DNA of 64,000 nucleotides, taken from NCBI GenBank assembly GCA_038062115.1, contig JBBTXS010000007.1, forward strand, positions 5,448-69,447. Direction: 5' to 3'. The DNA comes from Patescibacteria group bacterium (lineage in GTDB: Bacteria > Patescibacteriota > Microgenomatia > Levybacterales > UBA12049). Positions 54,917 through 62,580 of the stretch are shown here, piece by piece. Positions within the stretch are counted from its first letter, which is position 1, and the number at the start of each line of letters is the position of its first letter. Under the pieces are notes generated by a model. That model was not told the DNA's origin. It searched no databases and saw only the letters and a program-made list of their open reading frames with translations. Position numbers and translations under genes: made by a program.

Positions 54917-55310
54917 AGGCAGTTCTTAATATAAGATAACATCGTTTTGCATTATTTGCTATTTCATGCTCCCAAAATCTTAATACTTTAATATTTCCAT
55001 TTTTTAGTTCTAGATTTATCTTTTTGTCTCTGCTGACATTATTTTTAATTTTTCTGTCCCAATAATCATTTTGCGATTTAGGTCTGATAAAATCAATGGG
55101 ACATTTGTGCCAGAAACAGCCGTCAATAAATACAGCTAATTTTTGTTTCGGAAAATAAATATCCGGTTTTCCTGTAATTTTTGATTTTATCCTATATCCT
55201 TTTAACCCTTTTTTCCATATAAATTTTCTAAATTTTAGCTCAACTAGAGTGTTTGAGCTTTTTATCCGAGACATATTATATTTTCTCTGCTTCGGCGTAT
55301 GGGTATCCAT
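54894..55310 (-). CDS. vsr: very short patch repair endonuclease
   Basis: 138 aa. MSRIKSSNT, GKPDIYFPKQKLAVFIDGCFWH, LRFWEHE motifs. Overlaps dcm by 23 nt. Confidence 0.85.
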   Translation of the reverse strand: MDTHTPKQRKYNMSRIKSSNTLVELKFRKFIWKKGLKGYRIKSKITGKPDIYFPKQKLAVFIDGCFWHKCPIDFIRPKSQNDYWDRKIKNNVSRDKKINLELKNGNIKVLRFWEHEIANNAKRCYLILRTAYEKYKDI

Positions 55311-55342
55311 GCCGAAATTATAGACAAAAAGCTTATTAAAAA

Positions 55343-55966
55343 CTAGTTCTTTCTTAGCAAATCTATAAATTTACCCTGTATTACGAATTGTTTTCCAATT
55401 TTGGGTTGATAAGCTGGATCATCACTTTCTGGTAAAAGCATAACGTAATCCTGTAGTCGTTTAAATCTTTTTAGCGTTGCTGTTTCGTCATCTGGGTCAA
55501 AAGCGACTACGATATCTCCATTGTTAGCACTATTTTGCGATGCGATTATAGCTAAATCGCCTGGATTTATTCCCGCTTTTAGCATACTTGTTCCTTTGAC
55601 TCGAAGTATGAAGACATCTCTTTGGCCTTTTGCTAAGAGTAGGGGAATCTTTTTATAACCTTCAATACTCTGTTCAGCTAAAGAACCATATCCAGCCCTT
55701 ATCTCGCCAAGAATAGGAACATTAATCATAGTTTCTTTATTAATCTTTGTGGGCTTACGTAGTATTTTAATTGCCCGGCGAGAATTTTTTTCACGCTGAA
55801 TATAGCCTAGTCTCTGCAGTTTATCTAATTGCAAAACAATTCCGCGCGTGGACTTATTCCCAATGATGGTCTTGAGCTCTGTTATTGAAGGGGAATAGCC
55901 ATTTTTATTTTGGAATTGAATAATAGTTTGTAAAACTTTTTCTGTTTTTGAAAGTAAATACTGCAT
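55343..55966 (-). CDS. lexA: LexA-like repressor (wHTH + S24 autopeptidase)
   Basis: LexA DNA-binding domain NGYSPSITELKTIIGNKSTRGIVLQLDKLQRLGYI. Cleavage-site-like GEIRAGYG, catalytic VKGTSML and TLKRF. Confidence 0.8.
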   Translation of the reverse strand: MQYLLSKTEKVLQTIIQFQNKNGYSPSITELKTIIGNKSTRGIVLQLDKLQRLGYIQREKNSRRAIKILRKPTKINKETMINVPILGEIRAGYGSLAEQSIEGYKKIPLLLAKGQRDVFILRVKGTSMLKAGINPGDLAIIASQNSANNGDIVVAFDPDDETATLKRFKRLQDYVMLLPESDDPAYQPKIGKQFVIQGKFIDLLRKN

Positions 55967-56055
55967 AATAAGTGGTTATTATTTACCACCTTGCAAATAG
56001 TACCACTATCTGTAATAATATGTCAATAAGCAAAATAAAGGCAGGTGAATAAAAG

Positions 56056-56322
56056 ATGGTTTACGCAATAACATATGATTTAAACAAGCCTGGACAGAAT
56101 TATCCTAGTTTATATAGTACCATAAAAAGACTAGGCCACTGGATATGGCCACTACAAAATCTTTGGTTCATAGATTCAGAGAATGGAGCACAAGAAATAG
56201 CAAATGAAATACATACAGTTATTGATCAAAATGATTCTGTTTTTGTAGTAAGAGTTTATCGTGGTCAATGGGGTTCGTGGATGTCAAGTGAAACAAATCA
56301 ATGGATTAATGCAAGGACATGA
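56056..56322 (+). CDS. small alpha/beta hypothetical protein (88 aa), divergent from the lexA-like gene
   Basis: MVYAITYDLNKPGQNY...LQNLWFIDSENGAQEIANEIHTVIDQNDSVFVVRV. The beta-alpha-beta-alpha-beta pattern is reminiscent of ferredoxin-like/Cas2-like small proteins (weak). Confidence 0.4.
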   Translation: MVYAITYDLNKPGQNYPSLYSTIKRLGHWIWPLQNLWFIDSENGAQEIANEIHTVIDQNDSVFVVRVYRGQWGSWMSSETNQWINART

Positions 56323-56568
56323 GGATGTAAATAAATAATGGGATTGTCACAATATTAAATAACAAAACAAGGAAGTTTCCGTCAAGTCAAGCGAGAGGGA
56401 TGAGCTTACCAGCAACTTAGCAAAAGATTGTCCTGAATTTAATAAAGTTAGATCTAGTACAAAGTTAGAAGCTTTAAGAAAAAGATTCGATGTTGCTTCT
56501 ATAAACAATGTTAGAGAGGAATTGAGAAGGTTGGATGAATAGAATTTTTCTCTTGGCGGTTTCTTTCA

Positions 56569-56592
56569 TTTTAATTTGACTTCCTATCCACA
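56569..56592 (+). repeat. 24-nt direct repeat DR1 upstream of the RT gene
   Basis: TTTTAATTTGACTTCCTATCCACA versus DR2 TTTTAATCTGACTTCCTAGTCACA (21/24). Contains TTGACT followed 17 nt later by TATTTT, a possible promoter. Confidence 0.6.
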
Positions 56593-56616
56593 GAAGAGTA
56601 TTTTATCAACTAGTTT

Positions 56617-58014
56617 ATGGATAATTTCAATGAGTTCAGAAAATACTTTAATAAAACCTTTTGGAAAGTTTTTAGTAATAAAAATATTTTTATAGATAAC
56701 CCATCTAATAAAGAAAAGTTTACAAAAAGTGTTTTTAAGGAAATCTATTTTAAAAAATATTACCCTTCCATCCCTCAACTATATATAGATATTAATAAAG
56801 GCAACGGTGTAACAAGAATAATTCCAGTTTTTTCACTTAAGGACTATTGTGTTTATTATTATTGTATAAAAAAATTAGAAACGAAAATTGCATTTAATAG
56901 AATTCCAAATACTTTTGGAGGATGGACATTAGGCGGTTTAATCAGAAAAAACGAAGAAGACGAAATGATAAAAAGAAGAATGGATTACAATAAATTTGAA
57001 GATTTTATGGCTGAGCTAAACGGTATTTCCGTTAGTCAACATTCATTTAATCCTTTAGCGTGGGCTAAGGCATACGGCGATTTGAACTCTAAACTATACG
57101 CCTCTTCTAAAGAAAAAAAATATAATTTTGTTGCTGAGCTGGATATATCAAACTTTTATGATTCTATTCGTTTAGATATTTTAGAGCTTAAGATAAGAGA
57201 GATTTCTGATGATAAATATTCAGAGATTATTGCTATACTTTTCCTATTTTTAAATTATTGGAATCGAAAAACTAATTCATACAATAAACAAACAGTGGGA
57301 ATACCGCAAGATGCTCTTGGAGATTGTTCTCGAATTTTGGCAAATTTTTATTTGCAGTCTTACGACAAATTCGTTTATGAAATTTGCAAAAAAACGGGAT
57401 GTAAATACTTAAGATATGCAGATGACCAATTTATTTTTTCTAATAGCCAAGAAGAATTAAAATATCTGATATATATGATGTCTAAAAAATTAAATAGTAT
57501 GGGCCTTTCTGTGAATCAAAAGAAAGTCAGAATTTTTCCCACGGCAGGGTTAATAGAATATCGTGCTTTTAAAATATTCGATATTGTGAAGTCTAGCAAA
57601 GATAAGAATGATAAGGTAAAAGTTGAAACGCTTGTCAATAAGTATATTGAGCTAGTCAAGGAGAACAAGTTGGCAAAGATTAAGGATAATGGAAAATCTA
57701 TTTTAACCAGAATTTTATTTTGTCCTGCTCTTAAGAGAATTGATGTGAGCAAAAGAAATACTATTGTCAATTTCTTAATAGACGAAAACTACTTAGAGTT
57801 TTGCAGAACTAACCATTTGCTAAAAATATATGATTTACTAGAAAAAAATCAAAAAGGAAAATTTGTTCTTAAATTGAAAAAACTTACTAAAAAATTAATG
57901 CACAACTCTTTTCATTATGAGGTTTTAGGCTTTTTTGATAAATATAGCATTCATACTAAGCTTATAAAGACAAGATTGAAAAAATTAGAACAAGATCTCA
58001 ATCTTTTAATCTGA
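56617..58014 (+). CDS. stand-alone reverse transcriptase (Abi/UG-like, not group II or retron by visible features)
   Basis: RT motifs GVTRIIPVFSLKDY (1/2), ELDISNFYDSI (A), GIPQDALGDCSRILANFYL (B), LRYADDQFIF (C, YADD), GLSVNQKKVRIF (D/E). A ~150-aa helical C-terminal extension. No maturase or endonuclease domain. Confidence 0.85.
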   Translation: MDNFNEFRKYFNKTFWKVFSNKNIFIDNPSNKEKFTKSVFKEIYFKKYYPSIPQLYIDINKGNGVTRIIPVFSLKDYCVYYYCIKKLETKIAFNRIPNTFGGWTLGGLIRKNEEDEMIKRRMDYNKFEDFMAELNGISVSQHSFNPLAWAKAYGDLNSKLYASSKEKKYNFVAELDISNFYDSIRLDILELKIREISDDKYSEIIAILFLFLNYWNRKTNSYNKQTVGIPQDALGDCSRILANFYLQSYDKFVYEICKKTGCKYLRYADDQFIFSNSQEELKYLIYMMSKKLNSMGLSVNQKKVRIFPTAGLIEYRAFKIFDIVKSSKDKNDKVKVETLVNKYIELVKENKLAKIKDNGKSILTRILFCPALKRIDVSKRNTIVNFLIDENYLEFCRTNHLLKIYDLLEKNQKGKFVLKLKKLTKKLMHNSFHYEVLGFFDKYSIHTKLIKTRLKKLEQDLNLLI

Positions 58015-58027
58015 CTTCCTAGTCACA
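58004..58027 (+). repeat. 24-nt direct repeat DR2 overlapping the RT stop, upstream of the nuclease gene
   Basis: TTTTAATCTGACTTCCTAGTCACA. TATAAT at 58043-58048 lies 8 nt before the nuclease ATG. Confidence 0.6.
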
Positions 58028-58056
58028 AAATTTTCTTAGTGGTATAATCATTATTA

Positions 58057-58734
58057 ATGTCACAACTATACAAATTGAGTCCCTCGGATTTTGCCTATTT
58101 GTGGGAAGATTGTAAGCATTGTTATTACCAGAAAGTAAAATTTGGCATTACCTATTCTAGTCCGTTTCCTGCGATGTTTGGTAGGATTAATAAATTGCTT
58201 CAGACTTCAATCATGGGAATGAATCTTCAAGATGTTCATCCCGATCTTCCGAGCGGAATCATTACGGTTCAGGAAGGATTTATGAAATCAAAACAAATTC
58301 CGGGGACAAACACTTATCTAAGCGGAAGGTTTGATATTTTGACAAAACTAGACGATGGGACACACGCTATTATTGATTTCAAAATTACCAGCCCTGATGA
58401 AGAAAAAATCCTCAAAAAGTATTCGAGTCAACTGCACGCTTATAAATTCGCATTGGAAAATCCACTGGAAGGAGAACCGATTAAAATTTCAAAAATGGGG
58501 GCTGTAAGCATAAATCCTGATGAGATGAAGTTAGTTAATGGAAAAGTAGTTTTTACAGCTACGCCTACATGGTATCCGATTGAGGAAAATATGGATAATT
58601 TCTACAATCTTATTCACGAAATTTCGACAGTTCTAAGCGGGCCGTTACCTCCAACAGCTGATACTTGTAATTTATGTATTTACAGAAAATCTTTTGAACC
58701 AAAAGCTAAAATTGTAGACGATATTCCTTTTTAA
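58057..58734 (+). CDS. Cas4/RecB-like PD-(D/E)XK nuclease with four Cys
   Basis: GRFDIL...HAIIDFKIT (D...DxK), QLHAYKFAL (QxxxY), CKHC near the N-terminus and CNLC near the C-terminus (possible Fe-S or Zn site). Confidence 0.7.
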   Translation: MSQLYKLSPSDFAYLWEDCKHCYYQKVKFGITYSSPFPAMFGRINKLLQTSIMGMNLQDVHPDLPSGIITVQEGFMKSKQIPGTNTYLSGRFDILTKLDDGTHAIIDFKITSPDEEKILKKYSSQLHAYKFALENPLEGEPIKISKMGAVSINPDEMKLVNGKVVFTATPTWYPIEENMDNFYNLIHEISTVLSGPLPPTADTCNLCIYRKSFEPKAKIVDDIPF

Positions 58735-58865
58735 TCCGCTATTGATATAGAAAATCTCAGTTGAAATCTTCTTTGGAACTGCTATATTAAAATCGTAGAG
58801 TGGACATTTGAATTTTGGAAAAATTTTTGCGTTTTTTACCTTGCGGGAACGAGCCGACAGTTTTT

Positions 58866-58962
58866 GAGCGAGGCCGAAGGCCGAGCAATATAAAATAGTA
58901 GGAGCGGAAGCGACTACCGCTTTAGAATAAAAGAGGTTCGAATTTTTTCGTATAGGTCTACT
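58866..58962 (-). repeat. inverted copy of arm W plus core (hybrid junction B)
   Basis: The reverse complement reads CAGTAGACCTATACGAAAAAATTCGAACCTCTT...ATTTTATATTGCTCGGCCTTCGGCCTCGCTC. Continuous with the X arm at 58958-59056. Confidence 0.8.
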
Positions 58963-59056
58963 GAAACAGATTTCTCTGAAGCCAGAGCTGGGGAGGTCGG
59001 GGCAGAAGGGCGGGAATGGAGCTCCGCAAAGCCCAATTTGAAAGAAACGGAAAGCT
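58958..59056 (-). repeat. left copy of a 99-bp perfect inverted repeat (arm X)
   Basis: Exact reverse complement of 60515-60613 by manual comparison. Imperfect homology extends about 20 nt further (59057-59073 vs 60494-60514). Confidence 0.85.
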
Positions 59057-59106
59057 ACCGGTAAAAAGAAGTGAAAAAACGCAAAAATTAAGGAACAAGA
59101 ACTACT

Positions 59107-60723
59107 ATGAAATATATAGCATATTGCAGGAAATCAACGGACGAGAAAAACAAACAAGTTCTCTCGATTGACCAGCAAATAGCAGAATTAAAAGAATTTG
59201 CTACCAGAGAACATTTAGAAGTAGTTGATTTTGTAACAGAAGCAAAAACTGCAAAAGTTCCGGGGAGAGAAAAATTCGCGCAGGTTTTAAAAAGAATAGA
59301 AAAAGGAGAAGCTCAGGGAGTTGTCTCATGGCATCCGGACCGTCTGGCAAGAAATTCTATCGACGGCGGAAAAGTTATTTATCTTTTAGATACCGGAAAA
59401 CTTTTGGACTTAAAATTTCCGTCTTTCTGGTTTGAAAGTACTCCTCAAGGAAAATTCATGTTGTCAATCGCATTTGGACAATCCAAGTATTACGTTGATA
59501 ATCTTTCCGAGAATGTTAAAAGAGGCATGAAACACAAGCTACGTGTCGGTTTATGGCCGTTAAAAGCTCCTTTAGGATACATAAATGATTCGAACACAAA
59601 AACAATTCAAATACATCTGGAAACCTCTCGGATTATAAAGAAAGCATTCCAGCTTTTTGCAGAAGGTAATAAATCCTTCAGAGAGATATCTCTTTTTCTT
59701 AGTAAATTCAAAATTGATCGAGGATGGAAAGGTAAAGACGATAGGCCATTTCGTATAACACGAATTAAGAACATGTTTACAAACAGATTTTACATCGGAA
59801 TTATGAAGTACAACGGTGAATACTATCAGGGATCGTATAAATTATTCATTACGAAGAAATTATTTGACGAAGTTCAAAAGCAAGTAGACCGAATAGAGAG
59901 ACCAAGATATAGAGGGCATAATTTTGCATTTAGCGGATTTGCGCGTTGCGGAGAATGCAAAGCTTCTATTACATCAGAACAACACTTAAAGAAATATAAA
60001 AATGGAACTTCCCAGACGTTTATGTATTACCGCTGTACAAAAAAATTAAAACCCTGTACTCAAAAATATGTTACGGAGGATAAATTAGAAAATCAGATAA
60101 GGGAAATGCTGGAAAAAGTATCGTTTCCGCAAGAATGGGCTGCTGATTGGTATAGTTGGTTAGACAGAGACGAAAAAGAAGAATTAACTGTAGCCGAGGA
60201 TAATATTGGAAAGTTAAGGGTTGAAGTGGAAAAAGTAGACAAAAGACTGAATTTTCTTTTGGATAGTTTTCTTGATCAAGTTATTGATTCCGAGATTTAC
60301 AAGAAAAAGAAGAACGAATTATTCGAAGAAAAATTAAAAATAACTGAGGAAATTGAAAAAATAAAAGAGAGTGGCTCAAGTTGGCTCGAACCTATGAGAG
60401 AGTTCGTAGATAGGGCTCTGCAGAGCCAAAAAATCGCACGTGCAAAAAATACAAAAGAAGATTTGGCAATCTTCGCAAAAACTGTCGGCTCGAACTTCTT
60501 TTTAACCGATCGGCAGCTTTCCGTTTCTTTCAAATTGGGCTTTGCGGAGCTCCATTCCCGCCCTTCTGCCCCGACCTCCCCAGCTCTGGCTTCAGAGAAA
60601 TCTGTTTCAGTAGCCCCAAGGGGAGTCGAACTCCTGCCTGCGGCAAGCGAAGGACCGATCTTCACCTTAACCTGCCCGCCGCTTGTGCCCCCAAGGGGAT
60701 TCGAACCCCTGTTACAAGGTTGA
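59107..60723 (+). CDS. large serine recombinase
   Basis: Resolvase catalytic start YCRKSTDEKNKQVLSIDQQ...VSWHPDRLARN, recombinase domain, zinc ribbon CGECK...YYRCTKK, coiled coil. The last ~70 codons read through arm X, a pseudo-tRNA and into antisense tRNA-Glu, so the true C-terminus is uncertain. Confidence 0.85.
   Translation: MKYIAYCRKSTDEKNKQVLSIDQQIAELKEFATREHLEVVDFVTEAKTAKVPGREKFAQVLKRIEKGEAQGVVSWHPDRLARNSIDGGKVIYLLDTGKLLDLKFPSFWFESTPQGKFMLSIAFGQSKYYVDNLSENVKRGMKHKLRVGLWPLKAPLGYINDSNTKTIQIHLETSRIIKKAFQLFAEGNKSFREISLFLSKFKIDRGWKGKDDRPFRITRIKNMFTNRFYIGIMKYNGEYYQGSYKLFITKKLFDEVQKQVDRIERPRYRGHNFAFSGFARCGECKASITSEQHLKKYKNGTSQTFMYYRCTKKLKPCTQKYVTEDKLENQIREMLEKVSFPQEWAADWYSWLDRDEKEELTVAEDNIGKLRVEVEKVDKRLNFLLDSFLDQVIDSEIYKKKKNELFEEKLKITEEIEKIKESGSSWLEPMREFVDRALQSQKIARAKNTKEDLAIFAKTVGSNFFLTDRQLSVSFKLGFAELHSRPSAPTSPALASEKSVSVAPRGVELLPAASEGPIFTLTCPPLVPPRGFEPLLQG
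60515..60613 (+). repeat. right copy of the 99-bp perfect inverted repeat (arm X + core AGTAG), inside the recombinase 3' end
   Basis: AGCTTTCCGTTTCTTTCAAATTGGGCTTTGCGGAGCTCC...CAGAGAAATCTGTTTCAGTAG. Confidence 0.85.
60614..60645 (-). other. degenerate tRNA-Glu-like 3' fragment (T arm + acceptor)
   Basis: The minus strand GCAGGCAGGAGTTCGACTCCCCTTGGGGCTA resembles the tRNA-Glu 3' end GTAACAGGGGTTCGAATCCCCTTGGGGGCA. No matching 5' acceptor strand. Confidence 0.45.
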
Positions 60724-60757
60724 GAACCTTGCGTCCTAACCGCTAGACGATAGGGGC
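60686..60757 (-). tRNA. tRNA-Glu (anticodon CTC), no encoded CCA
   Basis: Hand-folded: GCCCCTA/TGGGGGC acceptor, CAAGG-TTCTCAA-CCTTG anticodon arm, AGGGG-TTCGAAT-CCCCT T arm. 72 nt. Confidence 0.85.
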
Positions 60758-60822
60758 GGCTCTATTCTATTTTACCGCAATAGGCTTTATATCACAAGGA
60801 GTTTTTGGATTACACAAGACAA

Positions 60823-61254
60823 CTATTTTTTATTGGGCAATTGGTCTAAGAAGTCTCTCGCTTTTACAATTTTGATTTCTTGATATTCTCCAAGCGACAA
60901 AAGATGTTTTTTGTCTCCTGTTACGATATAAGAGGCTGAACCTTCGATTGCGCAAGCAATAATCTTGTTATCATCAGGATCGTCTTTTATTACATCAACC
61001 TCAAGTGTTCCAGCAGTAACAAATGCTTTTGTAGAAAGAGCATCAATAACCCCATTAATCTCACTAGAGGTAAGAGAAAACTGCTTTTTAATTTCAGGCC
61101 GTTCTAATACATCCTTTACCTCTTGAATTATTGGAGGAGAAGTTACAAGTATATACTCGCCATTTTTCCATGCTTCGAGAAGTTGATAGGGGGTTGTGGT
61201 TACAGTGCCCGCTCCTGAAATAATGAGGTTAGTATCAACTACGGCCCTGTACAC
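60823..61254 (-). CDS. PIN-domain toxin
   Basis: AVVDTNLIISG...LLEAWKNGEYILVTSPPIIQEVKDVLERP...IVTGDKKHLL. Confidence 0.8.
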   Translation of the reverse strand: MYRAVVDTNLIISGAGTVTTTPYQLLEAWKNGEYILVTSPPIIQEVKDVLERPEIKKQFSLTSSEINGVIDALSTKAFVTAGTLEVDVIKDDPDDNKIIACAIEGSASYIVTGDKKHLLSLGEYQEIKIVKARDFLDQLPNKK

Positions 61255-61549
61255 GTTTTCCTCTCCTTACTTTTTCGACTGCATCACCCACCACTTTCTC
61301 GATTTGTCTGGGAGGGATACTTTTGGTTTTTGCTCTTATCTTGTCAAATACCACAAATCCTTTTTTCCATTCCCCATCAGTAAATCGGAGACGTGGATTC
61401 ATTAGGCGATCGTATTCCTTATAATCTATAATTACCGCCTGCGGTTTATTAAATCGAGTGATCACCACATTAGTTCTACCATATATTGCGGTGTTTAAAA
61501 TTTCGGCAAATTTGTTTCTTACATCTTGTGCGGCGACCTTTATTGTCAT
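61235..61549 (-). CDS. Phd/YefM-like antitoxin
   Basis: MTIKVAAQDVRNKFAEILNTAIYGRTNVVITRFNKPQAVIIDYKEYDRL. Overlaps the PIN gene by 20 nt. Start chosen at MTIKV. Confidence 0.65.
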   Translation of the reverse strand: MTIKVAAQDVRNKFAEILNTAIYGRTNVVITRFNKPQAVIIDYKEYDRLMNPRLRFTDGEWKKGFVVFDKIRAKTKSIPPRQIEKVVGDAVEKVRRGKRVQGRS

Positions 61550-61716
61550 ATCAATCTCCTTTCTTAGATTATAATAAAAGAAGTTATAAAATGTCAATAA
61601 GTTACATACTGTATGTTTAATAACTATTCCTTACGGAAAATAGAGCGAGAGAAAAACGTCAAGCTGAGCTTGGCGCAAAAAATTTTAAAGAACTTCTATT
61701 TTGCAAAATTAATGGA

Positions 61717-62493
61717 GTGGTATATAATCTTTTTGTGAGTAAAGTTTTTCTTTCGGTTGTAATTCCTTCATACGATGAAATGGCAAATCTGCAAAAAGGA
61801 GTACTTGATAAAGTCGAGCATTTTCTAAGTAAGAAAAAATACAAATACGAGGTAATTATAGTAGACGATGAGTCAACAGATGGAAGCGTTGAGTTTGTAA
61901 AAAGATTTATAAAAGATAATAATAGTAGTTTTAAACTTATCGAAAATCCTCATCTTGGCAAAGCAGGAACAGTTACCACTGGGGTACTTAATGCACAAGG
62001 AAAATATATTCTGTTTACCGACATGGATCAAGCAGCACCAATAGAAGAGCTTGATAAACTTTTTCCTTATTTTGATAAGGGTTACGACATTGTAATTGGC
62101 TCAAGAAATAGCAAGCGAAAAGGTGCTCCATGGACTAGAATTCTCATGGCAAGAGGTATGATCTTTTTAAGGAGATTTATGGTTGGGATTAAAGGCATTT
62201 CCGATACTCAGTGTGGGTTTAAAATGTTTCGCCACGATGCTGCCAAAAAACTTTTTACAAAGATCAATAATCTCCATTCTGATATTAAAAGGGCTTCTGG
62301 ATCAAGCGTTTCTGCTGGATTTGATGTTGAGCTTTTATATCTTGCACAAAAAATGGGTTATAAAATTAAAGAGGCAAGCGTGAATTGGCTTTACGTAGAA
62401 ACAAGAAGAGTAAACCCAATTAAAGATTCAATCGAGGGTTTATTGGATCTAGTGAGAATAAAAATTAATGATTTGCGAGGGGTTTATAAATAA
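61717..62493 (+). CDS. GT2 glycosyltransferase (dolichyl-phosphate glucosyltransferase-like)
   Basis: VVIPSYDE, IVDDESTDGS, FTDMDQA motifs. Confidence 0.8.
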   Translation: MVYNLFVSKVFLSVVIPSYDEMANLQKGVLDKVEHFLSKKKYKYEVIIVDDESTDGSVEFVKRFIKDNNSSFKLIENPHLGKAGTVTTGVLNAQGKYILFTDMDQAAPIEELDKLFPYFDKGYDIVIGSRNSKRKGAPWTRILMARGMIFLRRFMVGIKGISDTQCGFKMFRHDAAKKLFTKINNLHSDIKRASGSSVSAGFDVELLYLAQKMGYKIKEASVNWLYVETRRVNPIKDSIEGLLDLVRIKINDLRGVYK

Positions 62494-62580
62494 TAAATTT
62501 AACCAAGTCAATAATAAGAAAATCTTAATCTCCCCACCCGCTATATTTTGCTTCAGTTTTGTGATAAAGTTATAGAGAAA

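Noticed and set aside
60297-60665. 122-aa ORF antisense to the serine recombinase 3' end
   Set aside because: It is embedded in a well-supported CDS and in the 99-bp repeat, with a low-complexity translation. There is no independent support.
60614-60685. A second complete tRNA, or a permuted tmRNA, next to tRNA-Glu
   Set aside because: Only a T arm with one A-C mismatch and a 3' acceptor-like strand are present. No complementary 5' acceptor strand or D arm could be folded, and no tag-ORF or GGGGC start was seen. I kept it only as a degenerate tRNA 3' fragment.
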